IMG/VR virus record: IMGVR_UViG_3300034122_002094
Strand: one strand, 5' to 3'
From: a virus
DNA: 64,000 nt
In this document: piece by piece, positions 46,857 to 57,342 of the stretch
Numbering within the stretch: position 1 is the first letter of the stretch
How the letters are laid out: each line of letters opens with the position of its first letter
Program-made: the position numbers and the translations under genes
Notes under the pieces: generated by a model
Seen by the model: the letters and a program-made list of their open reading frames with translations, nothing else
The model's database searches: none
What the model was told of the DNA's origin: nothing

Positions 46857-46915
46857 GCTGTGGGTTGTTTGGGCGAGGTGGCCGATTGTGCAGATCGGCC
46901 ACCTCGCCTAGCAGG

Positions 46916-47983
46916 TCACTTGCGCTTGCGGGGCGCCGAGGGCTTGACCGGGGCTGGTGTGGGCGCGGGGGCGACCTCCACCGCAGCGGCGGCGGCTGGT
47001 GTGGGCTCCGCATCGATCACGGCGGGCTCCGCTGCGACGTCCTCCCCCTCCACCGGGAGATCGTCGAGGGCGTTGACAGCGGCGGCGTTCTCAGCAGCCT
47101 TTTCGGCTGCCTTTTGAGCTGTATCTGTCAGGGCCTTGACTCTCTCATTATCCGCGCGAGGCGCGCGGTAGAGATTGCGGGCGATGTCCTCCCCGAACGC
47201 GCTTGTGAGCCGCTCGCGAAAGTGCTTCATCTCAGCCTTTCGCAAGGCGTCGAATCGGCGGATCGGGGCGTTGAGCGCCGCCATTCCATCAGTAGCGATC
47301 TGGATCAAGGCTAACTTAAAGTCACCCTTGATCTTGGTGAGTGTGTCAACCTCACCCTTACAGGTCAGGAACGTGAGGGCCGGATTTTTGTGGTGTGTCA
47401 AGCGGATCTCGCTTGTCCCATCCTTGGCCGTCCGTCCAGTGCGCCGCATGATCCATGCGGCGAAGTTGTGATGATCGGCCTCATTGGGGATCGGCTTAGG
47501 CCGATCCGCGCTTGAGAGGCCGAAATGTTCCAACATCAGGGCGTCACGCTTGCGCTGAAACTCGCTTGCGATTGCTGCAAACTCATCGTGCATTGTCTGG
47601 AGCTTGACCAGCGGGGCGAGGCCCGACACATCAGGACGGGGCGAGATCTCGCAACCCTTTCCCGTGATGTGAACCGTCAAGGTGTATAGCATGAAGTCGG
47701 CTTGATTAGGATACACGGGCGGGGTCGCATCCTCACCCGCTGCGATCTTGGTGTCATAGACAAGTTGGGCGGCGTCGTATGCGTCAAGCGCAGCCTCCCA
47801 TTTCTCCCAGTCCAAAGAGGCCGACTGGGTTGTCTTCTGACCGCTCGCCTTAGAGGCGGTGAGGGCGGACGATTGCGCCTCGCCGCCCTCCTTCTCATTC
47901 TTCGCGCTCGCCAGCTTCGCGGCGTTCTGCTCATTAAGGAGGGTTGCGACAACAGCGGGAGCAGTGGTGGTGTTCGTGTTCAT
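46916..47983 (-). CDS. Hypothetical protein (Ala/Pro-rich tail)
   Basis: AAGGA SD before MNTNTTT. Confidence 0.65.
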   Translation of the reverse strand: MNTNTTTAPAVVATLLNEQNAAKLASAKNEKEGGEAQSSALTASKASGQKTTQSASLDWEKWEAALDAYDAAQLVYDTKIAAGEDATPPVYPNQADFMLYTLTVHITGKGCEISPRPDVSGLAPLVKLQTMHDEFAAIASEFQRKRDALMLEHFGLSSADRPKPIPNEADHHNFAAWIMRRTGRTAKDGTSEIRLTHHKNPALTFLTCKGEVDTLTKIKGDFKLALIQIATDGMAALNAPIRRFDALRKAEMKHFRERLTSAFGEDIARNLYRAPRADNERVKALTDTAQKAAEKAAENAAAVNALDDLPVEGEDVAAEPAVIDAEPTPAAAAAVEVAPAPTPAPVKPSAPRKRK

Positions 47984-48636
47984 TCTGGGGTTCCTTAGAG
48001 CTTGCCAGCGGCATTGTTTGGGGCCGTCTGGCTGGTCATTCACGTTTGCCGATTAAGGCGCTTGGCGGGGCTGTTTGCCCCGTTCTGAGCGATCAAGGTG
48101 CGTTGTGTGGGTTGCGGTTTTCCGTTGCCTAACGGACAAGGCCGATCCATTGCGCAGGGATCGGATCGCGTCAGATCCAACGCTCGCCAAAGCGCGCGCC
48201 GATCTGCTCGTTCACTCATATTCACTTGTCAAAGACGCTCGCCACGCTGGCGAGGAGGCGACCGACCCGGCCACCGTCAAGGCGTGCGGCCCTGACAAGA
48301 GACAAGCTAGCCCCTGCCCTCCCTCCCGTCAAGCCTTTTTTGATAAATTTGTACGCTGGCGAGGCATAGCGCAGACCCGCATTGCAGGCCGTCCGCACAG
48401 TGTACACCTCGCAGACCCGCATTGCAGGCCGTCGAGCTGGGTGTCGATTGCATATGTCGCGTTATATCGAAATGGGCTCGCCGCTACCTCGGCACCTAGT
48501 GTTCGCGTAAGTGTCGAATATCATATGCAATTGAAGTGTACAATTCCAATTCGATACAACGCCCACGACATGTCGAGTTGTCTTGTCGAGTGTCATGTCG
48601 AATGTGCCGAAGCGGCGCCTCCTGTGCATTTTAGGC

Positions 48637-48666
48637 TTGACAGGCACTTAGCCGCCGTGGTATAAT
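48637..48666 (+). promoter_or_regulatory. Consensus sigma70 promoter inside 19-bp inverted repeats
   Basis: TTGACA-18-TATAAT. Confidence 0.7.
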
Positions 48667-49651
48667 GTGGCGCCGAGCAAGCCGACTGCACAGGAGGCGC
48701 CGCTTTTTACCCGTCAGAAAATAAACGATCCCAACCCAAAAGCCTGGCGGATTTTTAATGCGAAAGCAAAATAGCATAGAGATCTTAGATCAGAAAGCTC
48801 CGCGCAAACACCAGGCGCTGCGCTTTAACCCCGTCAGAAAATTTCACTAATGAGTTCAAATAGTGGTAGAAATTTGATGACGCTAGTGTAATACCCTGGA
48901 GAGGGCGAGCAGCCAAAGAGAGAGGGGGTAGTGTCGTAGAGCTGGTGAAGATAGAGGGGGAGAGGCCTGAGATGAGAGACCACTCTTATGGGCTCATCTT
49001 GAGATCTTAGATTTTGGTCTAGTGAGACAAGGTGGCACAGTAAGAGTGAGACAGGATGTCACAGGATAGCTGCCAGACCTGATGGGCCAGTGGTGCTGGC
49101 AGGGCTGATGGTCCAAACAGGTCTTGATCGGTTATTCATCGGTTTCAGCGAATTATAGACAAATTATGCACCTCTTTATATCACAATCACTTACAAAAAA
49201 TCAACTATTTATCGATCTGTTTTCGGGGTGTCCACCGTGGGAGCAAAGGTCACTTTCGATCTGGCCAGTGGCCTCTCTCGTGCTCGATCGTTCGGAAAAT
49301 CCCGCTGGTTTCTAGTTGACACCTCGGGCGCTGCATGATCCAGAAAGCTTCTGCACGCTATTTTTAGATTTCTAGTTGTGCCATTCTCTCGTCTGGAAGT
49401 CAGACCTGTGGCATAAGAAGCCTTGAAGATTGACCAGACCTGGCGCAAAACGTAGCTCTAAAACTATTTTCAAGTTCCACTAAATAGTTCTTGACTTTTT
49501 GTTAGTGATCGAGTAGTGTGATTCCACGAGCCAAAAGGTTCGGGGACAAGTCTGTGTAAAGCGCACAAGCCGTCCTCACTCATTCACCTGCCTCATACAG
49601 CACCTAATACTGGGTCTGTATGTTGCGGGTGAGGTCTATGGAGTATGTGTC

Positions 49652-51163
49652 ATGTCTACTGTCAAGCGTGCTGGTCGTCGTATCGTTGCTCCTGTCGCTG
49701 TGTCTCCCTCTCTCCTCCATGTCAACTCTATCCCCACTACTCCTCTCCCCAGTGTTGAGGTCGAGGGCTTGTTCAAGACTGTCATGACCGAGGACAAGGA
49801 GATCGTCGAGGTTCGTCATGTGGTGCCGGAGGTGGTGCCCATGCGTCATGGTTCGTCTCGTGGTGTCTCGTCACTGGAGCGAGTGCCTGTCGTGGGCGAG
49901 GGCGCCGATCGTGGCGCTTGGGTGTTGACGACTGACGTTCATGGTGATGTCGTGAGGGAGCGTGTGGCGGGTGGCGTTGACAAGAGCGCCTCTGCTCTCT
50001 CTGACCTCAATGGTCGCAGCGCTTCGCTGCGTGATGTTGCTGGTCGTGAGGCGACTCGTATCGTCGATGGGGCCGGGAATAAGACCGGGCGCGATGCGCT
50101 CGTGACCACTGGTGTCAAGGCTTCGCTCCTGAGCATCGAGAAGCACTCTGTGCCGAGTGACGATCCTTCTGTGCCATCGCTCAGGGCTGACGGCTTCTTG
50201 TGCTGGTTCGACCAGCCTGACAAGGTTCGTGAGAAGGTCGCGAGCGCGCTCCGCAAGGCTCGTAAGAGCATCGACCTGAGGTCATCGAGCAATGCCACAA
50301 GCTATGCTCAGAATGAGATCCTCATCGGCGATAGCATGGCTGGGATGCTGCTCAACACCATCGCTCAGAACAAGGCTGCATACTTCCAGTGTGGAGTCTT
50401 CGGCGAGCAGTGCATCGTTGCTCTGCATGGGAGCAAGCAGTTCTTCCGCTTCGGCATGAAGGTTCTGGAACGGCTCGCGGCTGCTCGGTTCGTCAATGTC
50501 GAGTTCGTCAATGCGACCTCGATCGACAAGGACATCTATGAGGCGAAGCTTGCCAAGGCGGGCGTTGGTAAGATGAAGGACCATGCTTCATCGGCCAAGA
50601 ACCTCGCTACCAGTCGCCTCAACAAGGTCGAGGCTGTCCAGGATGCGGTGGTTCGCAGGATGGACCGCAAGCGCTTGCAGGGTACGCCTCAAGAGATGAT
50701 GGCTCTTGAGAACTACTGTCCTCCTGTCAATGTGCTGGCCGCCTTCTGTGACATGGCGCTCACCCACAACAGCGACAAGGTCGGTCACCATGTTGACCAC
50801 ATGCTGATCGCCAAGAGCGCCATCATCTGGATGAACGATGGTCCGATCGAGCAGATGCGTGAGCTGCTCTATGAGAACGCCCGGCAGGCTATCCAGCGCC
50901 TCTCCGAGGGGGGCGGCTTCGCTGGTGTCCTGTCGATGCTTGAGCGCTGTCTTGAGAGGGCATGGCATCATCGCCACCACGGCCTCCTCGACCTGTTCGA
51001 GGACGTCGAGAACTACTCGACGTTCGAGGCCTGTGTGGCCGAGGGTGGGCTCACCGACACGTTGATCGAGGTGTTGAAGGAGCACAAGGTCTATGCCAAG
51101 CAGGGCCACCTTGACTATCCTGTCAAGGGCGATGCGATCGATGGTGTGGAGTTCGATGACTGA
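49652..51163 (+). CDS. Hypothetical protein, first gene of the right-hand array
   Basis: GGAG SD; promoter TTGACT-17-TAGTGT at 49491; biased codons. Confidence 0.7.
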   Translation: MSTVKRAGRRIVAPVAVSPSLLHVNSIPTTPLPSVEVEGLFKTVMTEDKEIVEVRHVVPEVVPMRHGSSRGVSSLERVPVVGEGADRGAWVLTTDVHGDVVRERVAGGVDKSASALSDLNGRSASLRDVAGREATRIVDGAGNKTGRDALVTTGVKASLLSIEKHSVPSDDPSVPSLRADGFLCWFDQPDKVREKVASALRKARKSIDLRSSSNATSYAQNEILIGDSMAGMLLNTIAQNKAAYFQCGVFGEQCIVALHGSKQFFRFGMKVLERLAAARFVNVEFVNATSIDKDIYEAKLAKAGVGKMKDHASSAKNLATSRLNKVEAVQDAVVRRMDRKRLQGTPQEMMALENYCPPVNVLAAFCDMALTHNSDKVGHHVDHMLIAKSAIIWMNDGPIEQMRELLYENARQAIQRLSEGGGFAGVLSMLERCLERAWHHRHHGLLDLFEDVENYSTFEACVAEGGLTDTLIEVLKEHKVYAKQGHLDYPVKGDAIDGVEFDD

Positions 51164-51190
51164 GTCCTGACAAAAAGTGTTCGGTAGTAC

Positions 51191-51230
51191 GTTATACAGC
51201 CGTATAGGATCTCCTATACGGCTGTATAAC
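51191..51230. repeat. Perfect 18-bp inverted repeat
   Basis: GTTATACAGCCGTATAGG-ATCT-CCTATACGGCTGTATAAC. Confidence 0.85.
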
Positions 51231-51452
51231 TAGTGTGGGTTGCTTTATCGTTGTGCTGTGTCATACATATCAAGCAGTGGTCAAGTGACTATGTGCTTGA
51301 TCTGTATAGCATCCTAGCATAACGCATCGTGCGTTGTAGTGTGAGATGAAAGTAGGTTCGGTTTGAGAGACCCGATCCAATCCAAAAACAGAGGCTGCCT
51401 ATACGCGGATATAAGATCCGCGTGTGAGCTTTGCCCCCAATTGAGGTCTATC

Positions 51453-52193
51453 ATGAGCAACTATGGTGAGTATCGTTCGGCGAGGGAAGAAGCCAAGACG
51501 AACGGCAACTGGGATCGTGCGTTCTGGTTGGCTATCAAGATGCCAAGGGGTGAGGAGAGAGACGCCGCGTTGCGAGACTGGTGGTTGACCGAGACCAGCG
51601 CTTATCTCTCGCCCTGCGATCTGAGGATCGAGAAGAACGGGACGAGGAGCGGAGGCTATCGTTTCGGAGCTGCTCGCAGGATCTCTCACCTCACCATGAC
51701 AGACGACTGTTGTGAGATCAGCTACCATGAGGAGCGCGTGTTTCGCGGCTCCGATGTCGAGCTGCCGAAGCTCGCTCACAAGTTTGGTCGGCTCCTCGTT
51801 GAGCGCTTGCTTGAGAGCTTCGAGGCTGAGATCAAGCAGGACATCATCCTGTGGCAGCTCCTGGACCAGTACAGAGAGTCTATCCAGTCGCCCAAGGACA
51901 GCCTGGAGAGGCGCTGGGACATCCATCTGTTGTCGAATGTCTACCTCAGGATCTCTCCCGACGACATCGACGAGCGCCAGCAGCACTCCCTTCTGGAGTC
52001 GATCGCTTATGCGATGCTCGTCTGCCTTCTGGAGTACGACTACTATCTGGAAGGGGTCGCGCTCCACTATCAGAACGCCTACAATGCGGAGCGCCGCAGC
52101 AAGGGCGAGCAAGAATACTGGGACACAATTGAGGATGTCGGCAGTGAGTACATGACGATCATCCTTCAGGCATACAAGCAGACTCTGCGCTAA
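51453..52193 (+). CDS. Hypothetical protein, paralog A1
   Basis: NYGEYRSAREEA..ERDAALRDWW. Confidence 0.65.
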   Translation: MSNYGEYRSAREEAKTNGNWDRAFWLAIKMPRGEERDAALRDWWLTETSAYLSPCDLRIEKNGTRSGGYRFGAARRISHLTMTDDCCEISYHEERVFRGSDVELPKLAHKFGRLLVERLLESFEAEIKQDIILWQLLDQYRESIQSPKDSLERRWDIHLLSNVYLRISPDDIDERQQHSLLESIAYAMLVCLLEYDYYLEGVALHYQNAYNAERRSKGEQEYWDTIEDVGSEYMTIILQAYKQTLR

Positions 52194-52224
52194 TCAACAA
52201 CACTATAACCCACAGGAGCATATC

Positions 52225-52905
52225 ATGAACTACGGTGAGTATCGTTCGGCGAGAGAAGAGGCCTTCATCAGCAACAACTGGAGAGAACCGCTGCGCATCC
52301 TCAAGCAGATGCCAGTAGGCGATGAGCGCGACGCAGCGCTGCGTGACTGGTGGATCAATGTTGACATCGACAGCCTCTTGAAGGCAGGCGTACAGTGGAT
52401 CAGCGCTTTTGACTCGTATCCTACGGTCGATGCCGCTCGTCACGTCGCGTGGCGATGGGAGATCGGTCAGTGGCACCTGATGATCCTGTCGTATCGTGAT
52501 ATGGACCTTGAGAAGATGTCGCATCGTTGGTGCGAGGAGATCATCGAGGAGGCGCTTGTTCAGTATAATGCGGACATTGCTCTGGCAGCGCCCCAAGTGT
52601 TTGACCTGATCGCACAGTACAGGCTTGCGATCAAGACTGAGCCTCGTAGCAAGGAGATGCTCGCTTGCAAGCAAGCCTTGAGAGCGGCCACTCTCAGTCA
52701 ACGCTGGTGGCCCTGGGTTAACAAGCTGCTGATGGCGATGTCAGCGAGGGTGGATCTGGAGATCGGGATTCAGAAAGCAGTGCAGGGGTTCCTCGCTTCT
52801 GCTCGTAACAACTTCTCGTCTCATGACTATGAGGAGACCTACCAGCAATACAACGACAGGTTCACAAAGAAGGTCCTCGTGGCCTACAAGGATACAGTGA
52901 AATAA
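52225..52905 (+). CDS. Hypothetical protein, paralog A2
   Basis: NYGEYRSAREEA..ERDAALRDWW. Confidence 0.65.
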   Translation: MNYGEYRSAREEAFISNNWREPLRILKQMPVGDERDAALRDWWINVDIDSLLKAGVQWISAFDSYPTVDAARHVAWRWEIGQWHLMILSYRDMDLEKMSHRWCEEIIEEALVQYNADIALAAPQVFDLIAQYRLAIKTEPRSKEMLACKQALRAATLSQRWWPWVNKLLMAMSARVDLEIGIQKAVQGFLASARNNFSSHDYEETYQQYNDRFTKKVLVAYKDTVK

Positions 52906-52966
52906 TCGTCAGGCAAGCGGCATCATGACAGGCAGTCGTGGTGTCGCTCGCATCGCTGATGATGCG
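52905..52966 (+). promoter_or_regulatory. Repeated intergenic RNA hairpin, copy 1 of 5
   Basis: ATCGTCAG-GCA-[stem]-CGCATCG-CTGATGAT-GCG. Confidence 0.75.
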
Positions 52967-52997
52967 GTATCTCAACTCTCAACTCAAGGAGTCTATC

Positions 52998-54134
52998 ATG
53001 ATCAATCTCAATGAAATGTCAGTAGAAAACATCAATCAGATCAAGCTGTTGGCCAAGATCTATGACACAAAGTCAGACGACGCTCAGCCGATTATCAACA
53101 TGTTCCTTGACATGTTCGGTCGGGACTACTTGATCGAGGACCACTTCGAGCTGTGCTGGTGGCTGTTTCATCTGGAGCACGCGGAGCACAGAGATGCTCT
53201 TGACATTATCACCAACATCTACAACGAGAAGAAGCACCGAGCGTGGGGATCGCTATTTGCGCCCACTGAAAACCTGATCGAGCTGCCTCAGTTCATCGGC
53301 GATGCTTACAGTGCTGCTGATGTCGAGAGCTTCCTGATGACAGCTTCAAAGCTCGGGCATCGCTTCTTTGATCATCCCTCACTGCCGAAGCTGCGCAGAT
53401 CTATCATCCTCGACTTCGATGACGAGCAGGCGCAGAGGATCAACTACTTCTCGGCAGGGCACCATCTACCGCTGCGCTACTGTGGAGCAGGCATCCTCGT
53501 GCCTCACGTCAGAGACTATATGCCGTGGACCCTCATGCCAAAGCAGAATGTCCACAGGGCCATCCTGGACGTCAACGTCGCTGAGATCAACCAAGATCCG
53601 CTGGTTGATGAAGGTGACTCGGTCAGTCAGGCTGTCCATGATATGGACTGTTTGTGTGACATGGAGTTTCGTGATGGTCGCGTCGACAGTCGCAAGAGTG
53701 CTGTGATCGACCATCGACTCGCCGCTCTGGCTGAGAAGTTCTTTCCCCATCGCGATCCTTATGACGTGATGGTGCGCATCTCCCCGATCACTGATGGTGC
53801 TGTGTCGAAGACCTACCGCTCAAAGAGCATGAAGCTGACCTTCAGTCACAAGGAGGACCGTGTCAGGATCTCTTCTCGCTACTATGTAGCAGAGGGTAAC
53901 GATGACCCGATCTCTTATGCGAAGGTCATGGCCAGGGTTCGGCTGTGGGCTGCCGAGGACGGCGCAAACAACGTCGTGATGTCCGGCGTCGACACACATG
54001 CCGAGTTCACTGTCTGGCCCTCTGTGCAAACTCAAGAGCCTTTTGACTATTTTGACACGCTCTTGGAGTCAGGCGCGACTGTCTGTCTTCGTCAAATCGT
54101 CCCGCGTCTCACGCTCAGGCGTTATCCTGTCTGA
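52998..54134 (+). CDS. Hypothetical protein, paralog B1
   Basis: KKHRAWG..LP.FIGD. Confidence 0.65.
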   Translation: MINLNEMSVENINQIKLLAKIYDTKSDDAQPIINMFLDMFGRDYLIEDHFELCWWLFHLEHAEHRDALDIITNIYNEKKHRAWGSLFAPTENLIELPQFIGDAYSAADVESFLMTASKLGHRFFDHPSLPKLRRSIILDFDDEQAQRINYFSAGHHLPLRYCGAGILVPHVRDYMPWTLMPKQNVHRAILDVNVAEINQDPLVDEGDSVSQAVHDMDCLCDMEFRDGRVDSRKSAVIDHRLAALAEKFFPHRDPYDVMVRISPITDGAVSKTYRSKSMKLTFSHKEDRVRISSRYYVAEGNDDPISYAKVMARVRLWAAEDGANNVVMSGVDTHAEFTVWPSVQTQEPFDYFDTLLESGATVCLRQIVPRLTLRRYPV

Positions 54135-54195
54135 TCGTCAGGCAAGTGGTATCATCCACTCATGTGGTGGTATCACTCGCATCGCTGATGATGCG
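54134..54195 (+). promoter_or_regulatory. Repeated intergenic RNA hairpin, copy 2
   Basis: Same motif. Confidence 0.75.
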
Positions 54196-54211
54196 TTCAC
54201 AGGAGTCTCAA

Positions 54212-54832
54212 ATGTCCGCCGATAACAACACCGTCGCTCCCATTGCCCGCCCGACTCCCTACTACACCCACAGCACCAACTCCTCGCGCAACGAGGAGAC
54301 TGGCCACAACACCGACATCCGATTCGGCAAGCAGATCGGTCCTCGCTACATCGATCTCCAGCTCTACCGTCGAAACGGCGGCACCGAGCTGTATGTGAGC
54401 AGCTATGTCAGCTACGATGCGATGGTGGTGCTCAACGCTCCGAGCATCCACGCCAGCAAGTGGCACCTCTATGACAGCATGGACCAGCAGCGATGCAAGG
54501 CCTATGGCATCAAGGGCAGCCAGTTTGAGGATCTGGTGGCTGCGATCAAGGAGGAGATCCCCGAGGATGTTGCGGACGTGTGGCAGGAGGTGATGTACCT
54601 CGTCTGCCTCATCACTGAGGAGCCGCTCTATAACCTCATCTCGCCGCATCGCGAGAACGCCTACAACAGCCACAAGAAGGCGATCTTCGGGCCGTGGGGC
54701 GCCGAGTACAAGCCCTTTGTACCCGTCAAGCCGGACATGGGTGATCTGTCGCCGATCCAGTGGTTGCAGCGCAACTGGTGGATCGATGGTGTTGGTCGTG
54801 TCTGCGTCGGCGATGGCCCCTGCTACTTCTGA
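54212..54832 (+). CDS. Hypothetical protein
   Basis: AGGAG SD. Confidence 0.6.
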   Translation: MSADNNTVAPIARPTPYYTHSTNSSRNEETGHNTDIRFGKQIGPRYIDLQLYRRNGGTELYVSSYVSYDAMVVLNAPSIHASKWHLYDSMDQQRCKAYGIKGSQFEDLVAAIKEEIPEDVADVWQEVMYLVCLITEEPLYNLISPHRENAYNSHKKAIFGPWGAEYKPFVPVKPDMGDLSPIQWLQRNWWIDGVGRVCVGDGPCYF

Positions 54833-54988
54833 TCTGGAGGCCGACTCGGCATCACAAGATGCGCATTTTTCGTGTGCGTTTTGTGGTGCTGTGTCGCGCG
54901 TTTTTCAGGAACGTGTCGATCTGGTCCAGTCAAGTCTTACTGGTCCAGAAATTTTAGTGCATCAACCCAAAAGCCTCAAGGAACTCTT

Positions 54989-55681
54989 ATGGAGCCCAAC
55001 AAACTCAAAATCGCGAGCATGAACACCGCCATTGAACAGGCGCGGCTTATCCGGGAAGACATGCTCCGCAACCCCAGACCACACCAGGATCTCAGCAAGA
55101 GAGTCGACTGGAAGGTCGTCGCTCGCGCATGTGTGACAGACACTCGCGGGTCTTCCCTTCTGAGGATCGACTCTTGGCGCTACTTCGATAACAAGTCGAT
55201 GGGAATTGACAAGACAGATGCTGATCAAGCGCCAGAGATCTTCAAGATCGTCTCGGGTATCCTTGCCCCGCAAGGTATCCGTTGGGATAAGCGCTCTTAT
55301 TATAAAGTGAAACAGATTGACTATGAGACACCTGACATCAGATGGGTGATCCCTGACCGCTTCTCAGAAGACGGTCTCATCGGCGCCATGCGGTTGTTCT
55401 GGCCTGTCGAGGTTGAGACAGCTTGGCGAGAGCGTTATGCTCTCTGCTACAACACCATCAGAAAGACCACCATTGGAGCTGAAGCCTACCAATTGGCCCA
55501 GTATCTGATCGGCAATGCTCACGACTGGCGCTACAACTCGGAGGACCCCTATCCTGGCATCCCGACGCAATGCGTGAGCATCGCTGAGAAGATCCACGAG
55601 TGCAACAGAAACTACTGGACGCATACGCGCGGCGCTCGCAGCGGTCGCAAGCTCATCTCCGAACTCAAGAAGATCATCTGA
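54989..55681 (+). CDS. Hypothetical protein
   Basis: AAGGA SD. Confidence 0.6.
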   Translation: MEPNKLKIASMNTAIEQARLIREDMLRNPRPHQDLSKRVDWKVVARACVTDTRGSSLLRIDSWRYFDNKSMGIDKTDADQAPEIFKIVSGILAPQGIRWDKRSYYKVKQIDYETPDIRWVIPDRFSEDGLIGAMRLFWPVEVETAWRERYALCYNTIRKTTIGAEAYQLAQYLIGNAHDWRYNSEDPYPGIPTQCVSIAEKIHECNRNYWTHTRGARSGRKLISELKKII

Positions 55682-55709
55682 TCTGTCAACAGCCTCATAA
55701 GGAAGCATC

Positions 55710-56816
55710 ATGGTCACGTTCAATGCACCAAACATCGCAGAAGAGTACATCCGCCGCTGGGGCCGCGAGTATCGCATCGAAGATCATCTCTCGATCTCAA
55801 AGTTCATGTTCCTCATGGAGGAGCACAAGGACAAAGAGGTCGTAGCCGAAGTTGTGGCGATGCTCACGAACATGGTCCTCGACAAGAAGCATCGCGCTTG
55901 GGGGCCGCTCTATGGCAAGACAACTGCTGTCGAGCAACTACCTCCTTTCATCGGCGACATGAATGATCCGGCTCAAGTTCAGGATCTGCTCGACAAGGTC
56001 GTCGCCTTCTGTAAGCCCTACAAGAAGCCTTTTGCGGTCGAGGACATCGCAGACGAGATCCTCTATGGTGACAAGCCCATCTCTGAGCGCGAGAACACAC
56101 TAGTCCATGCGCTCGCTCGCCTCACAGAAGATCAGTCTCGTCGGATCAACTGCTTGTCAGCAGAGTATCGAGAGGGGCTGTGCTACGGCGCTGTCGGCTT
56201 CTTTCAGTTTGACCACAAGGCGCCTCTCAAGCGTCGCTTCGTCAGAAGCACCAGTCCAGCGATGCTCAGTCTGGCTCAGGTCGAGAAGGTATCAATCTCG
56301 GATAAGCCGACAGATGAGCAGAACACCAACGCCAAGATCGTCCTCCAGTTCTTCATGGAGCACAGCGAATCGGTCGAGAGCATGATCGACAACACTCATG
56401 ACTACACTGTGCTCACAGGTTCAGCGCTTGTTGAGCAGATCTGTAACGCAATCTCTCATGCAAGAGGTAGAGGTCCGCTGCCGATCTCGCCGGTCAATGG
56501 ATGGATGCTTGACCAGCACACCATCATTGAGCACAGCATGGTCACTATCCTGGCTGGCGGTGATGGCTCTCAGCAGATGACCTCTCTTTGCTCCATGTAC
56601 AAAGGCCCGAGCGTGTCATCGATCTGCGGCTTGGAGTTTGAGCTCTTGGAGTATGACGGCAGCAGCTCAGACATCGCGACCCAGCTACGCATGGATCATG
56701 TCATCGCAAGCTATCAGACCAAGAGCATCACCACCAAAGCTGCTGATACAGCGATGGCAGCGAAGCTCATGTGTCTGCCAGCGCCGGATCTCAACGCCTC
56801 AAAGAGCGATCGCTAA
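55710..56816 (+). CDS. Hypothetical protein, paralog B2
   Basis: KKHRAWG..LP.FIGD. Confidence 0.65.
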   Translation: MVTFNAPNIAEEYIRRWGREYRIEDHLSISKFMFLMEEHKDKEVVAEVVAMLTNMVLDKKHRAWGPLYGKTTAVEQLPPFIGDMNDPAQVQDLLDKVVAFCKPYKKPFAVEDIADEILYGDKPISERENTLVHALARLTEDQSRRINCLSAEYREGLCYGAVGFFQFDHKAPLKRRFVRSTSPAMLSLAQVEKVSISDKPTDEQNTNAKIVLQFFMEHSESVESMIDNTHDYTVLTGSALVEQICNAISHARGRGPLPISPVNGWMLDQHTIIEHSMVTILAGGDGSQQMTSLCSMYKGPSVSSICGLEFELLEYDGSSSDIATQLRMDHVIASYQTKSITTKAADTAMAAKLMCLPAPDLNASKSDR

Positions 56817-56909
56817 AATATCGTTGCATCAAATTTAATGATGCAGCATGAAGGAATGGTGCAGCGCTCGCTGCGCGGAACCATTCCACTCTACATGGAA
56901 GACGTCATC

Positions 56910-57254
56910 ATGAATCTGACCAAGCTCTCTCAAGACATGTCTCGCGATCGCATCTACGACCGCATGGGCCGGACCCAGTTCTCTGGCACACTCCCCTACT
57001 CGAAGGGACACGATGATGCGCGCCGCCGTATGGCTGTCATCATCCAGACCCGCAAGCTTGCGAGAAAGCTTGATGCGGTGGCTCGCAAGACCGCTGACAT
57101 CCGAGCTCGCTCGCTCAACGACAGAAGCTATGCCAAGCAGCTCTTGGAGCTGGAGCGCACCATGTCCGTTCTGCAAGAGAAGATGTGGGCGGTGCGCAGT
57201 CACTACACCTGCCGCGAGAACAGAGGCCGTCGCTCTCGCAAGAGCGATCGCTAA
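56910..57254 (+). CDS. Hypothetical basic protein
   Basis: ORF between repeated promoter-like elements. Confidence 0.5.
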   Translation: MNLTKLSQDMSRDRIYDRMGRTQFSGTLPYSKGHDDARRRMAVIIQTRKLARKLDAVARKTADIRARSLNDRSYAKQLLELERTMSVLQEKMWAVRSHYTCRENRGRRSRKSDR

Positions 57255-57342
57255 AATATCGTTGCAACAAAATTAGTGATGCCCTATAAAAAAATGGTGC
57301 CGCAACCCATGCCGCAAGGCAAAACAACAAATGGAGAATCCG

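Noticed and set aside
48370-48433. Mini CRISPR array
   Set aside because: Only two repeats with a 16-nt spacer; no cas genes
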